NCBI GenBank assembly: GCA_012514145.1
Contig: JAAZAV010000033.1
Span: 8,153-72,152, forward strand
Direction: 5' to 3'
Source: Clostridiales bacterium
GTDB lineage: Bacteria; Bacillota; Clostridia; Oscillospirales; CAG-272
Length of the DNA: 64,000 nucleotides
Shown piece after piece: positions 45,781 through 54,576 of the stretch. The stretch's first letter is position 1. Every line of letters starts with the position of its first letter. Below the pieces are notes generated by a model that did no database searches, was not told where the DNA came from, and saw nothing but the letters and a program-made list of their open reading frames with translations. A program made the translations under genes and the position numbers.

Positions 45781-45836
45781 CCCCGCGGGCGAACAAGCCG
45801 GTTTTTGACTTGTAAGCCCGCGGGGCGCGTTTTTGT
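45781..45836. terminator. bidirectional terminator between the GH27-like gene and paralogue 7
   Basis: CCCCGCGGGC (45781-45790) pairs with GCCCGCGGGG (45816-45825), followed by CGCGTTTTTG. Confidence 0.6.
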
Positions 45837-45850
45837 CAGAAGGTCTGAGA

Positions 45851-47359
45851 TTATCCCACATTCTCGGCGAAGGTGGTGTTTATGCGCTTCACATCCTCAA
45901 GAGCCTTGGTCTCATGCTTGGCGTAGCGGGAGGCGAAGTCGGTGTCGAATTCGTAGACAAGATAGAGTATCTCGTCGTTATACAGACCTAACTGATAGTA
46001 CCAGCCCAGGTCGTAGACACGGGTGGAGAGGATGATGTCAAGCATGGCGACGCTCTCCTCGTCCCGGAAGTACTTGCCGATGAGGGTCTTGTCGTAGTAT
46101 GCGGGGGTGACCTTGTCAAGCGACTCGGCGGCGAGGGCTTCCAGCACTATCCCCGTCATGTCGGCAGATTCTATCACTGCCGGCACGCAGAGGAAGGTGG
46201 AGTGCCAGGAGCCAATGGTGTGGCCGTAGGAAGTCTGCTTCTCGTCGTACTTCGGGTAGGGCAGGATGCCGAAGTCGGTCTGCATGTCGCGGAAGTAGGA
46301 GGTCAGGTCGAGCATCTGCATGAAGAAGAGCGCCTGATCGTTCGAGAACATGTTCACCGGGTCGGTGATATCGTAGCTGACCCGCTGATAGGTGTAGGAG
46401 AGCGATTTGTCATAAACATAGGCGGTGTATTTGTCGATGATGTTTATCAGCCGCTCGCTGTAAAGGGTCAGCTCTATCTCGCCGTCGGCATTGACGGTGC
46501 CGCACTTGATGAGCGAGCCGTTCACCGCCGCCATGATGCTGTCATCCCAGACGATGGAGCCGAAGCGGTCGTTTTTGTCAAATGTGCCGTTGCCGTCAAG
46601 GTCGGCGGAAACCGGCTTGCCCATGGCGGTCATGGCGTCGAAAGTCCAGGCTCCCGAGTCAACCAGCTCATAGGGATTGTCAAGTTTGAAATCGCCCACC
46701 AGCTTTTTGTTGAATATTATGCAGCAGGTGGCGTCGTTGTCGGCGGTGGATATGTCGCCGGTGGTGAAGAACATCCTGCCCTTAATGGTCATGTCGGCGT
46801 TCGCCTTCTGATCCCACCATTCGTTCTCAAGATCTAGATAGGGCAGCGAGTTGAAGTCGTAGAGATAACCGGCGCATGCCAGGTTGCAGACGTCGTAGCC
46901 CGCCACCATGCCGGCATCGTATGCCGAATCGGCGGCAAGCACCGATTTCGTGATAAGCTGAAAGCCCGAGCCGGCGCCCTTCGCCGAGCCGTATTGCTCG
47001 ATGGTTTTGATATTCACGCCGAAGCGCTCCTCAACCGCCTGATTGCGCAGAAAACGGGCGTCGTTGAGAATTTCGCCGTTCTGCTCCTCGGCGAGAAAGT
47101 CGTTCTTGCGCCAGTTGTTCTCGGTGTTGCCGGTTATTAGAAAGGTGAAGTCGGAGCCGTCGAACTTTACGTCGGTCGGCAGATGGGAAGCGGGCAGGGT
47201 GATGCCGGTCTCGGCAGTCTCTGCCGTGCCGCCGGAGGGTGAAGCGGTCGTATCGGCCGAGTTTCCGCCGCCCGAGCAGGCGGTGAGCAGCACCGAACCG
47301 GCTGTAAGAACGGCAAGGATCGCCGCGGCAATGTGTGATTGAAATAAAGGTCTTTTCAT
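45851..47359 (-). CDS. SBP-like lipoprotein, paralogue 7 of 10
   Basis: MKRPLFQSHIAAAILAVLTAGSVLLTAC|SG gives the lipobox. Motifs GEILNDARFLRNQAVEERFGV, SVLAADSAYDA, LENEWW, DLDGNGTFDKND, DFGILPYPKYDEKQ and YYDKTLIGKYFRDEESVAMLDIIL. Confidence 0.7.
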   Translation of the reverse strand: MKRPLFQSHIAAAILAVLTAGSVLLTACSGGGNSADTTASPSGGTAETAETGITLPASHLPTDVKFDGSDFTFLITGNTENNWRKNDFLAEEQNGEILNDARFLRNQAVEERFGVNIKTIEQYGSAKGAGSGFQLITKSVLAADSAYDAGMVAGYDVCNLACAGYLYDFNSLPYLDLENEWWDQKANADMTIKGRMFFTTGDISTADNDATCCIIFNKKLVGDFKLDNPYELVDSGAWTFDAMTAMGKPVSADLDGNGTFDKNDRFGSIVWDDSIMAAVNGSLIKCGTVNADGEIELTLYSERLINIIDKYTAYVYDKSLSYTYQRVSYDITDPVNMFSNDQALFFMQMLDLTSYFRDMQTDFGILPYPKYDEKQTSYGHTIGSWHSTFLCVPAVIESADMTGIVLEALAAESLDKVTPAYYDKTLIGKYFRDEESVAMLDIILSTRVYDLGWYYQLGLYNDEILYLVYEFDTDFASRYAKHETKALEDVKRINTTFAENVG

Positions 47360-47389
47360 ATTATCTTCAATAATTATGCGCAAAAGCCG

Positions 47390-48469
47390 TCAGCTGCCGA
47401 ATACGCCTGCCATTTCGATGGTGGCGAAGTCGTCCATGGGCAGCTTTACCGGCATGCCGGTTTTCTGACTGCGGTAGATGGCGAGCACCAGTTCAAGGGC
47501 GCGGCGGCCGTCGTATGCCGAAACATAGGGCTGGCGGTCGTTCTTTATGGCGTCGATGGTGTCGGCGTATATGGCGTGATGGCCGTTGCCGTAGACATTG
47601 GCTGAAGCCTCGTGCAGTTCCCGGGCGGCTTCGTCGCCGGAATGTTCGTCGGCGAAATCCCAGTTTTCAACCTTGTTGACGTTGGTGCCGCCTATCTTGA
47701 CCGTTCCGGTTTCGCCGAATACACAGAGTGTCTCCTCCATGTCCTTCGGATAGACATTTACCGTTCCCTCGATTGTCGCAACGGCGCCGTTTTTGAAGCG
47801 CACCACCGCAACGCCGATATCCTCACCCTCGATATAGTCGTGGTGGCGGTTGGCGGTGAAGCCGTATACGGTGTCAATATCATTGCCCATGACCCAGCGC
47901 AGCAGGTCGATGCCGTGTATGCACTGGTTCATAAGGGTGCCGCCGTCCAGCGCCCAGGTTCCCCGCCAGGTAGCCTGATCGTAATAGGCGCGGTCGCGCA
48001 TCCAGCGGATGTTCACCGAGCCGTGGGAGAGTTTCCCGAAGCGCCCGGCGTCGAGCGCAGCCTGCAGCTCCTGTATGGCGTCGTTGAAGCGGTTCTGATG
48101 GCAGGCGCTGACCTTCACGCCCTTAGCCTCCATGGCGGCGATAATCCGATCGGCGTCGCCCAGCGACATGGCTATGGGCTTCTCGATTATCACATTGCAG
48201 CCGGCGTTGATGCAGTCTACGGCAATCTCGGCGTGGCAGCCGCTCTCGGTTGCTATGCCCACAAGTTCCGGCGACTCGTTTGCCAGCAGGTCGCGGTGGC
48301 TTGTGTAGCGGCGGATTTTATCTGCGCCGGGCAGATTGTGGCGGGCGGCAATAGCCTCCATGTGCTCGGGGATAACGTCGCAGAGGGCTATGATATCAAG
48401 CCCGTTTTCAAGCGCCGAGCGGACGTGGTTCGTCGACACGCGCCCGCAGCCGATAAGTGCGTACTTCAT
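47390..48469 (-). CDS. Gfo/Idh/MocA-family NAD(P)-dependent oxidoreductase
   Basis: MKYALIGCGRVSTNH Rossmann N-terminus with a typical C-terminal alpha/beta domain. ATG at 48469. Confidence 0.8.
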   Translation of the reverse strand: MKYALIGCGRVSTNHVRSALENGLDIIALCDVIPEHMEAIAARHNLPGADKIRRYTSHRDLLANESPELVGIATESGCHAEIAVDCINAGCNVIIEKPIAMSLGDADRIIAAMEAKGVKVSACHQNRFNDAIQELQAALDAGRFGKLSHGSVNIRWMRDRAYYDQATWRGTWALDGGTLMNQCIHGIDLLRWVMGNDIDTVYGFTANRHHDYIEGEDIGVAVVRFKNGAVATIEGTVNVYPKDMEETLCVFGETGTVKIGGTNVNKVENWDFADEHSGDEAARELHEASANVYGNGHHAIYADTIDAIKNDRQPYVSAYDGRRALELVLAIYRSQKTGMPVKLPMDDFATIEMAGVFGS

Positions 48470-48613
48470 ATCGCAGTGTCCTTCCTGATTTGAGTTCTGC
48501 TCCGCCGTGCGGGGCGGGGATGGTGTGGGTTGGGTATCTTGAATTTGTTGTATTTTACTATAACACCATGCATTTGTTAATACAATATCCACAAAAACAG
48601 GCAGGCATGACCT

Positions 48614-49348
48614 TCAGAATATCCGCCGGTGAGGAGCGCGCCATAACCTGTTTTTCAGTCGTCTTAGTATGGAGCTAACCGACATGAGCCGCGGCGGGCG
48701 TGCACTTGCGCCAACTCCATTGTCGCAAGTGCCGATAAATTTCATAATGCCGTCGGCGGCACCCTCGACGATTTTGCGGCGGTAGGAGCCGCGCGACAGC
48801 TTCACATCCTCACCGGGACAGGTTATGAAGCCCGCCTCAAGTATGGCCATGGGGACGCGGCAGTGATTCTGGACGGTCAAGCCGTCGTTTTCGTGCACGC
48901 CGGCGTCGCGGCAGCCGGTTCTTTTGACAACCCCCCAATGCACCCATTCGGCGAGGCGCCGGCATTCCGGGTATAGCTCCGGATTATAGGGATTTGCCGG
49001 ACTGCGGCAGAGCGTCTGGGCGCCCTTTATCTTAGGGTTTTTGTGGGCGTTGGCGTGCAGGGAGATCATCGCGTCGGCGCCGGCGGCATTGGCGATTTCG
49101 GCGCGCTCCGAATTGCTTGGACACTCATCCGCGCTTTCGCGGGTGAGAATGACATTGCAGCCCCTCTCCGTGAGAATATCGCGCAGCATAAAGGCAAGAG
49201 CGAGATTGAATTCATGCTCGTGTATGCCGGTTTTCACCCCCATCGTTCCGGGGGCGCTGCGGGCTTTGGTCTCGGACGCCCCGGGACCGATTGGCTCCTG
49301 CTGCGGGTCGGGGCAGGCACTGTGGCCGGGGTCGATTACTATGGTCAT
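48614..49348 (-). CDS. leaderless N-acetylmuramoyl-L-alanine amidase (Amidase_3)
   Basis: MTIVIDPGHS, SLHANA and ILEAGF motifs. No signal peptide. Confidence 0.75.
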   Translation of the reverse strand: MTIVIDPGHSACPDPQQEPIGPGASETKARSAPGTMGVKTGIHEHEFNLALAFMLRDILTERGCNVILTRESADECPSNSERAEIANAAGADAMISLHANAHKNPKIKGAQTLCRSPANPYNPELYPECRRLAEWVHWGVVKRTGCRDAGVHENDGLTVQNHCRVPMAILEAGFITCPGEDVKLSRGSYRRKIVEGAADGIMKFIGTCDNGVGASARPPRLMSVSSILRRLKNRLWRAPHRRIF

Positions 49349-49391
49349 GGCGTTATCCTCATGCCGCATATTGCAATATGCGGTGCCGGGA

Positions 49392-50867
49392 TCAGTTCAG
49401 TTCGGCAAAGATCTCCATTGTGTCGGCTATCTTCTGCTCTACGGCGCTGCGCGCCGATTCGACGGTGGACGCCACAGAGCTGTTGCCGGCGAGCAGCAGG
49501 TTCTGAATGCCAGTGTTGAGCGAGGCGCACCAGTTGTAGGGCACGCTCATGTCCACGTCACGGGTGGCGCGGATGATGGCAAGCATGTCGATCGAACGCT
49601 CGTCGCGCAGACCCTTTGTGGAGACGTGGGTGTCGAAGTAGACGGGCAGGGTGGTGTAGACGCTCTCGCCCGACAGGGCGTCGGTGATGACGCCTATCTT
49701 TGAGGGGTCGGGATTTGTGGTGGGTATGCAGAACACCAGCACCCGGTCGACCATGTTGCTGTGGTGCCCCTCCTGCTGCTCGTCGAATTTGGGGTAGGGA
49801 ACCAGACCGAAGTCCACCTCGTTGGCGCGCATCTGAAGCCCCGCCTTGATCTCGCCGGCGAGGAAAAGGGCGCGTTCGTTCATAAAGAGGTAGAGATAGC
49901 TGTTTTTCTCCACGGCGCCGGTTGTGGCGTTGGCATAGGCTCCGTCATTTCCGCCCAGCATGGGGGCTATCTTGTCGCAGACCTTGAAGAAACGCTCCAT
50001 TTCGGGCATGAAGGTCAACTCGCCCTTGTCGTTTTTGTCAACATACTTGATTCCGCAGCCGAAGAGCATCTTGGTCACCGAGTTGTAGAAGGCGGACAGA
50101 CCGTATATCTGATTGCTGTTCACCGTAAGGGTGAAGTCGTCGTCGCCGTTCAGGTTGGCTGCCGGTTTCATATAGGAGTAAAGGGCGTCAAGCGTCCACC
50201 TGCCCTTCTCCACCAGATCGTAAGGCTCGTCCAACCCAAGGTCAGCCATCATCGCCTTGTTGAAGAAAAGGCACCAGGTGCCGTCGAACGCCATGAGATT
50301 CAGATCTCCCGTGGCGTAGAACAGCTTGTCATAAACGGTCATGCCGTCGATAACCGGCTGATCCCACCATTCCTCGTCAAGCCGCAGCTCGGGAATGCCG
50401 TGCAGATTGTAGAACAGACCGCCGGTCACCAGCGGCGCGGAGTCCCGGTCGGGCACGTAGCAGGCGTCGAAGTCGTCAGAGCCGGCAAGCACCGAGGTCT
50501 GAATCCGGGTGTCAAGGTCGTCGAATTTTTCCTCGGTCACCTTTATGTTGAAGTTCAGCTTCTGCTCGACGGCGCGGTTGCGGGTATACACCGTGTCGTC
50601 CAGCGCGTCGCCGGTCATCTCCTCAAAGTCGAGGTATATATACATCTCCCATACCGCCGCCGAGTTGAGGTATCGGGCGGTATAGCCGTTAAGGTCGACA
50701 TCGGGATAATCATATGAGGGGAGAGTTGTCTCATCCGCCGCGGTTTCGGTGACGGCCGGATCCGCCGCGGCAGTCGTATCGGCAGAGCCGCCCCCGTTGC
50801 CGCCGCAGGAAAGAATCGTTGAGCCGAGCACGCAGGCGAGGAGGAACATATAAATCAGTTTTTTCAA
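49392..50867 (-). CDS. SBP-like lipoprotein, paralogue 8 of 10 (degenerate Ca-loop)
   Basis: Lipobox TILSC|GG. Motifs GDALDDTVYTRNRAVEQKLNF, SVLAGSDDFDA, LDEEWW, NLNGDDDFT, DFGLVPYPKFDEQQ and YFDTHVSTKGLRDERSIDMLAIIR. Confidence 0.7.
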   Translation of the reverse strand: MKKLIYMFLLACVLGSTILSCGGNGGGSADTTAAADPAVTETAADETTLPSYDYPDVDLNGYTARYLNSAAVWEMYIYLDFEEMTGDALDDTVYTRNRAVEQKLNFNIKVTEEKFDDLDTRIQTSVLAGSDDFDACYVPDRDSAPLVTGGLFYNLHGIPELRLDEEWWDQPVIDGMTVYDKLFYATGDLNLMAFDGTWCLFFNKAMMADLGLDEPYDLVEKGRWTLDALYSYMKPAANLNGDDDFTLTVNSNQIYGLSAFYNSVTKMLFGCGIKYVDKNDKGELTFMPEMERFFKVCDKIAPMLGGNDGAYANATTGAVEKNSYLYLFMNERALFLAGEIKAGLQMRANEVDFGLVPYPKFDEQQEGHHSNMVDRVLVFCIPTTNPDPSKIGVITDALSGESVYTTLPVYFDTHVSTKGLRDERSIDMLAIIRATRDVDMSVPYNWCASLNTGIQNLLLAGNSSVASTVESARSAVEQKIADTMEIFAELN

Positions 50868-50869
50868 GG

Positions 50870-51187
50870 CTACTCCGCCCCCGTTTCGTTTTGGGCGGCC
50901 TCGCGGTCGAGGGCGCGGTTGCGGAAATAAAGTATTATGTCGGTGCCTACCATGATGAAGTTGAGTATGTAGAATACAACCACATAGGTCAGGGGCTTGA
51001 CATCGGTGAAATGCCCTATCAGCTTGGCGGCGATACCGAAGAGGTAGCCTGTCTCGATGAAGCAGAGAAAGAGCAGTGATTTGCCCTTCGCGGTGCGGGC
51101 TTTCCAGGATTTCATAATAGACAGAGGCCAGGATATGCCGAAGCAGATAACCATTACCGATTCAAAAATATCAATAATCGCTTCCAT
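50870..51187 (-). CDS. 3-TM PQ-loop/SemiSWEET-like small membrane protein
   Basis: 105 aa with three predicted helices. ISWPLSIMKSWKARTAKGKSL resembles the PQ-loop motif (P-Q/L-x2-K-x2-K-x-[ST]-x2-G-x-S). Its stop lies 2 nt before the paralogue 8 start. Confidence 0.45.
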   Translation of the reverse strand: MEAIIDIFESVMVICFGISWPLSIMKSWKARTAKGKSLLFLCFIETGYLFGIAAKLIGHFTDVKPLTYVVVFYILNFIMVGTDIILYFRNRALDREAAQNETGAE

Positions 51188-51224
51188 TATCTCACTTCCT
51201 TATATTTTATTATTTATATGATTG

Positions 51225-52637
51225 TCAGAACAGCTTTTTCAGCACCGACAAAATTACCAGCGCGCCGGCTGAACAGAGTATGGCGCACATGACAAAGTAT
51301 ACCACGCTTCCTGCGGGTTTGCCAAAAATCATGTCGCCTTTTTCGGCGTCGGAGGGGGTTGAAATTTCATTCTCCGTAATGTCCGCGCCGGGAGTCTCCG
51401 ACGGTTCTGCCGCCGCGGCGTCAGTCGGCTCGGCGGGTTCAGTGGGTCCGGGCGTGGTTTTGAGAGTCGGTTCGCCGGGCCTGGTTGTCACCCCGGCGGG
51501 CGGTTTGGCGGTGGTTTCGGGCACGGGCTTTGTTGTAGTGCCGGGAGTTTCGGGAGCCGCGGTGGTTTTAGCCGTTGTCGCGGGCGGCTCGGTTCGCGCG
51601 GTAGTGGCGGCGGGAGGAGTAGTGCGCGCCGTTGTGGTTGCCTTGGGAGTGGTAACGGCTGTCGTGGTTACCGGCGCGGTCACCGGCGGCTCAGCCTGCT
51701 GTCCGGTGGTGACCGGTGTTTCGGGTGCCGCCGTGGTGTCGGGAGTATCGCCGCCTTCGCCCGGCGTATCGGGCGCAGGCGATACAAGCGCCAGAGTTCC
51801 GTCCTCGGCGTACCGGTAGACAGCCCCGTCAGACATGTGAATGCTCACCGGCTGACCCGACTTGTTGACACCTGCCAGCGCCGCTGTAAGCATGTTTGCC
51901 TTGCCCGTATCGGCGTAGGTGAAGCCCACAATAAGCTCGCTCAGCGATTCGCAGCCGTAGAAGGCTTCGGCGCCCACATAGCAGGAGGCGGGTATGGTGA
52001 CGGTGGTCAGCGACGAGCAGCCTGAGAAGGCGCGGCTGTGGATCTCAGTCAGGCTGCTTGGCAGGCCGATGCGCTTCAGCGACGAGCAGCCCTCAAAGGC
52101 GGAGCCGCGTATGGAGGTGGTGCCGATAAGGGTCAGCGCCGTGATCTTTTTATTGTTGTAGAATGTCCAGGAGGGAATCTCGGCGGCGTTCAGCGCCAGA
52201 CCGCCGCTCAGCCCCTCGGGGATGTAGAGCAGCTGCCCGGAGGAAGTGAACACGATGCCGTCCATGCTGTAGAAGTGGCTGCCGGCCTCAAAGAGCACCG
52301 CTTCAGCGGTGGGACACCAGCTCACAGGCGGCACGCTGCCGTCAAAGGTGATGCCGATGTCGGTCACCGACGCCGGTATGAGTATTGACTTCACCGTGTC
52401 GGCGTAGAGGAAGGCGTTTGGCGCTATCTTCGTCACCTGTATACCGTTGATCTCGCCCGGCACTTCGATGCTTATGTCGCTGCCGTTGTATTTTGTGATG
52501 GTTATCTCGTTGTTTATGCTGTTGTATGAGAAGTTGTTGTATACCGCCGCCGACAGTCCCATACCCGGCGCGCGGGGCATCAAAGTCAAAATTATCATCA
52601 GCAGCAGAAGATATGCCGCAATGTGCTTTATTCTCAT
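51225..52637 (-). CDS. BspA-type leucine-rich-repeat surface protein with Thr/Pro-rich stalk and C-terminal TM anchor
   Basis: Signal peptide MRIKHIAAYLLLLMIILTLMP. LRR_5-like repeats include SAFEGCSSLKRIGLPSSLTEIHSRAFSGCSSLTTVTIP. The stalk is about 150 aa of T/P/A. C-terminal TM VVYFVMCAILCSAGALVILSVL. Confidence 0.75.
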   Translation of the reverse strand: MRIKHIAAYLLLLMIILTLMPRAPGMGLSAAVYNNFSYNSINNEITITKYNGSDISIEVPGEINGIQVTKIAPNAFLYADTVKSILIPASVTDIGITFDGSVPPVSWCPTAEAVLFEAGSHFYSMDGIVFTSSGQLLYIPEGLSGGLALNAAEIPSWTFYNNKKITALTLIGTTSIRGSAFEGCSSLKRIGLPSSLTEIHSRAFSGCSSLTTVTIPASCYVGAEAFYGCESLSELIVGFTYADTGKANMLTAALAGVNKSGQPVSIHMSDGAVYRYAEDGTLALVSPAPDTPGEGGDTPDTTAAPETPVTTGQQAEPPVTAPVTTTAVTTPKATTTARTTPPAATTARTEPPATTAKTTAAPETPGTTTKPVPETTAKPPAGVTTRPGEPTLKTTPGPTEPAEPTDAAAAEPSETPGADITENEISTPSDAEKGDMIFGKPAGSVVYFVMCAILCSAGALVILSVLKKLF

Positions 52638-52714
52638 CGAAAAAGTTACCTCCGGAGGCGCATTTCCGTCCGCCCGGCGCATCACATCCGCCGCCGGCTC
52701 GGGCAATTACCGCC

Positions 52715-52743
52715 ATTGTAGCACGAAATTGTAACAAATTCAA
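52715..52743 (-). promoter_or_regulatory. sigma-A-like promoter for the LRR / PQ-loop / paralogue 8 unit
   Basis: On the minus strand: TTGAAT (52738-52743), 17 nt, TACAAT (52715-52720). Confidence 0.5.
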
Positions 52744-52957
52744 CATAATACTTTCAATAAGTTTTGATTTTCGGGAAAAAGAGCCCGATTATATATAATA
52801 TTATCGAAAGATAAGGACAGGCTGCATATTTAGCCGTAACCGAGGTTTATTTCTCCCGCCTGCGCTTCCGGTTTCGGTATCCATATCATGTGTCATATGT
52901 CATACGTCATACATACGCCCCCTGTTTACCCGGTGCGTAAAATCGGCGTTTTCACCA

Positions 52958-52986
52958 TTGAATACATTCTCGTCATGGTGTATACT
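52958..52986 (+). promoter_or_regulatory. sigma-A-like promoter for paralogues 9 and 10 and the GH genes
   Basis: TTGAAT (52958-52963), 17 nt, TATACT (52981-52986), preceded by TG. Confidence 0.5.
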
Positions 52987-53040
52987 GTGTATAGGTTTTA
53001 TCGGCGATTCAAAACCATACGGATATATATGAGGTATAGT

Positions 53041-54543
53041 ATGAAACGTTCAATATCACTGATTTTAACCCTTGCCATGCTCGTTCTGCCGGTCCTTGCC
53101 GCCTGTTCCGGGGAGGGCGGAACTTCCTCCGCTGATACCGCCGCCGCGGACGCCTCACACGATACGGTTGAGACTGCCGGATCAATAGCCCTTGCCGACA
53201 TGACCGACGGACTTGAGGACAGGGACATGAACGGCTGGGAGCTGTCAATTCTCAACTGGGACGGCGGAACGCTCACCTGGGCAAACGTGGTTATCACCCC
53301 CGAAGCTCTTGACGGCGACACCCTGAACGACGCCATCTATCAGCGCAACGCCGACCTCTGCGAGCGCTTCAACATCACAATCCGCGCCGACGACTCAAAG
53401 AGTGTTCAGTCGGAGATGGCACGAAACGTGACCGCCGGCGACGATGTTTACACAATATACCTCTCAAACGAGGCATACGGCGGCAATCAAGGCATCGCAG
53501 GTCATATCCCTTATGCTCTGGACTGGCAGGAGATTCCCTGTCTGTCGCTTGATTCGCCCTGGTGGAATCCCGATGCCACCTCGGTCTACAAGCTCTCGGG
53601 GCATCAGGTTGCCCTCGCCGGAAACTGTTCGCTTACGGTGGTCTCCCGCGCCGTATGCATGGTGTTCAACAAGGTAATCTGGGAGGACGCCGGTACCGGC
53701 GAGAACCTCTATTCGCTTGTCGACTCCAACAAATGGACGGTTGACAAGTATCTGGAGGTCACAAAAGAGATCGGCCGCGACCTCAACGGCGACGGCGTCA
53801 TGGACAAGAACGACCTCTGGGCGCTTAATATGGGACGCGGTTTCAAGGGCTACACCGCCTCCTTCCTTGCCGGTTCGGGCATGAACTATACCGAGCCCGC
53901 CGGTGACGGCTCCTATGTCTTTGCCCTCGATTCAAATGAGAAGGCTCTGACCCTCCTTGCCAAGCTGGTGGACGCCCTTGCCGTTGAGGGTTACTGCTAC
54001 AACGAGGACGCGTCTGTTCACTCCTTCGCCCCCTCCGACCACTTCAAGAACAGCCACGCCCTCTTTACCCAGGGCGTGCCGAACGATATCTACAAGCTCC
54101 GGGATATGGAGGACGATATCGGCCTGCTTCCCATGCCCAAGCACGACGAGTCTCAGGAAAACTTCTACTCGGCAGCCTGGGGCGGCGCCGTCTGGACGCT
54201 GGCGCGCACATTCGACATGGACTTCGCCGAAAACCTGGGCATGACCCTGGAGGCGATGTCCTTCGCCGGCTGGCGGGATGTGATACCCGTCTACAAGGAG
54301 ATAGCCCTCAAGACCAAGACCGCCCGCGACAACGAGTCCGAGGCTATGCTCGACATCATCTTCGGCTCCATATACTTCGACTTCGGTACGAACATCTGTT
54401 ACGACGCGGTGCTTGCGCCTACCTTCCTCACCGATATCTGGCACAGCAGGGACTCGGGCGCCATTGTATCGACTATCGAAAAGTATAAACCGAAAATCAA
54501 CCAGTATATCACCGACCTGGTTATTGTCGCTTCCGAGATGTGA
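53041..54543 (+). CDS. SBP-like lipoprotein, paralogue 9 of 10
   Basis: MKRSISLILTLAMLVLPVLAAC|SG gives the lipobox. Motifs GDTLNDAIYQRNADLCERFNI, NVTAGDDVYTIY, LDSPWW, DLNGDGVMDKND, DIGLLPMPKHDESQ and VYKEIALKTKTARDNESEAMLDIIF. Confidence 0.7.
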   Translation: MKRSISLILTLAMLVLPVLAACSGEGGTSSADTAAADASHDTVETAGSIALADMTDGLEDRDMNGWELSILNWDGGTLTWANVVITPEALDGDTLNDAIYQRNADLCERFNITIRADDSKSVQSEMARNVTAGDDVYTIYLSNEAYGGNQGIAGHIPYALDWQEIPCLSLDSPWWNPDATSVYKLSGHQVALAGNCSLTVVSRAVCMVFNKVIWEDAGTGENLYSLVDSNKWTVDKYLEVTKEIGRDLNGDGVMDKNDLWALNMGRGFKGYTASFLAGSGMNYTEPAGDGSYVFALDSNEKALTLLAKLVDALAVEGYCYNEDASVHSFAPSDHFKNSHALFTQGVPNDIYKLRDMEDDIGLLPMPKHDESQENFYSAAWGGAVWTLARTFDMDFAENLGMTLEAMSFAGWRDVIPVYKEIALKTKTARDNESEAMLDIIFGSIYFDFGTNICYDAVLAPTFLTDIWHSRDSGAIVSTIEKYKPKINQYITDLVIVASEM

Positions 54544-54576
54544 GGTTTTATGTATTGTAATAAATGAAGGGTATTA

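Noticed and set aside
51280-51819. 179-aa Gly/Ala/Val-rich plus-strand ORF.
   Set aside because: It is the mirror image of the Thr/Pro/Ala-rich stalk of the LRR surface protein on the minus strand.
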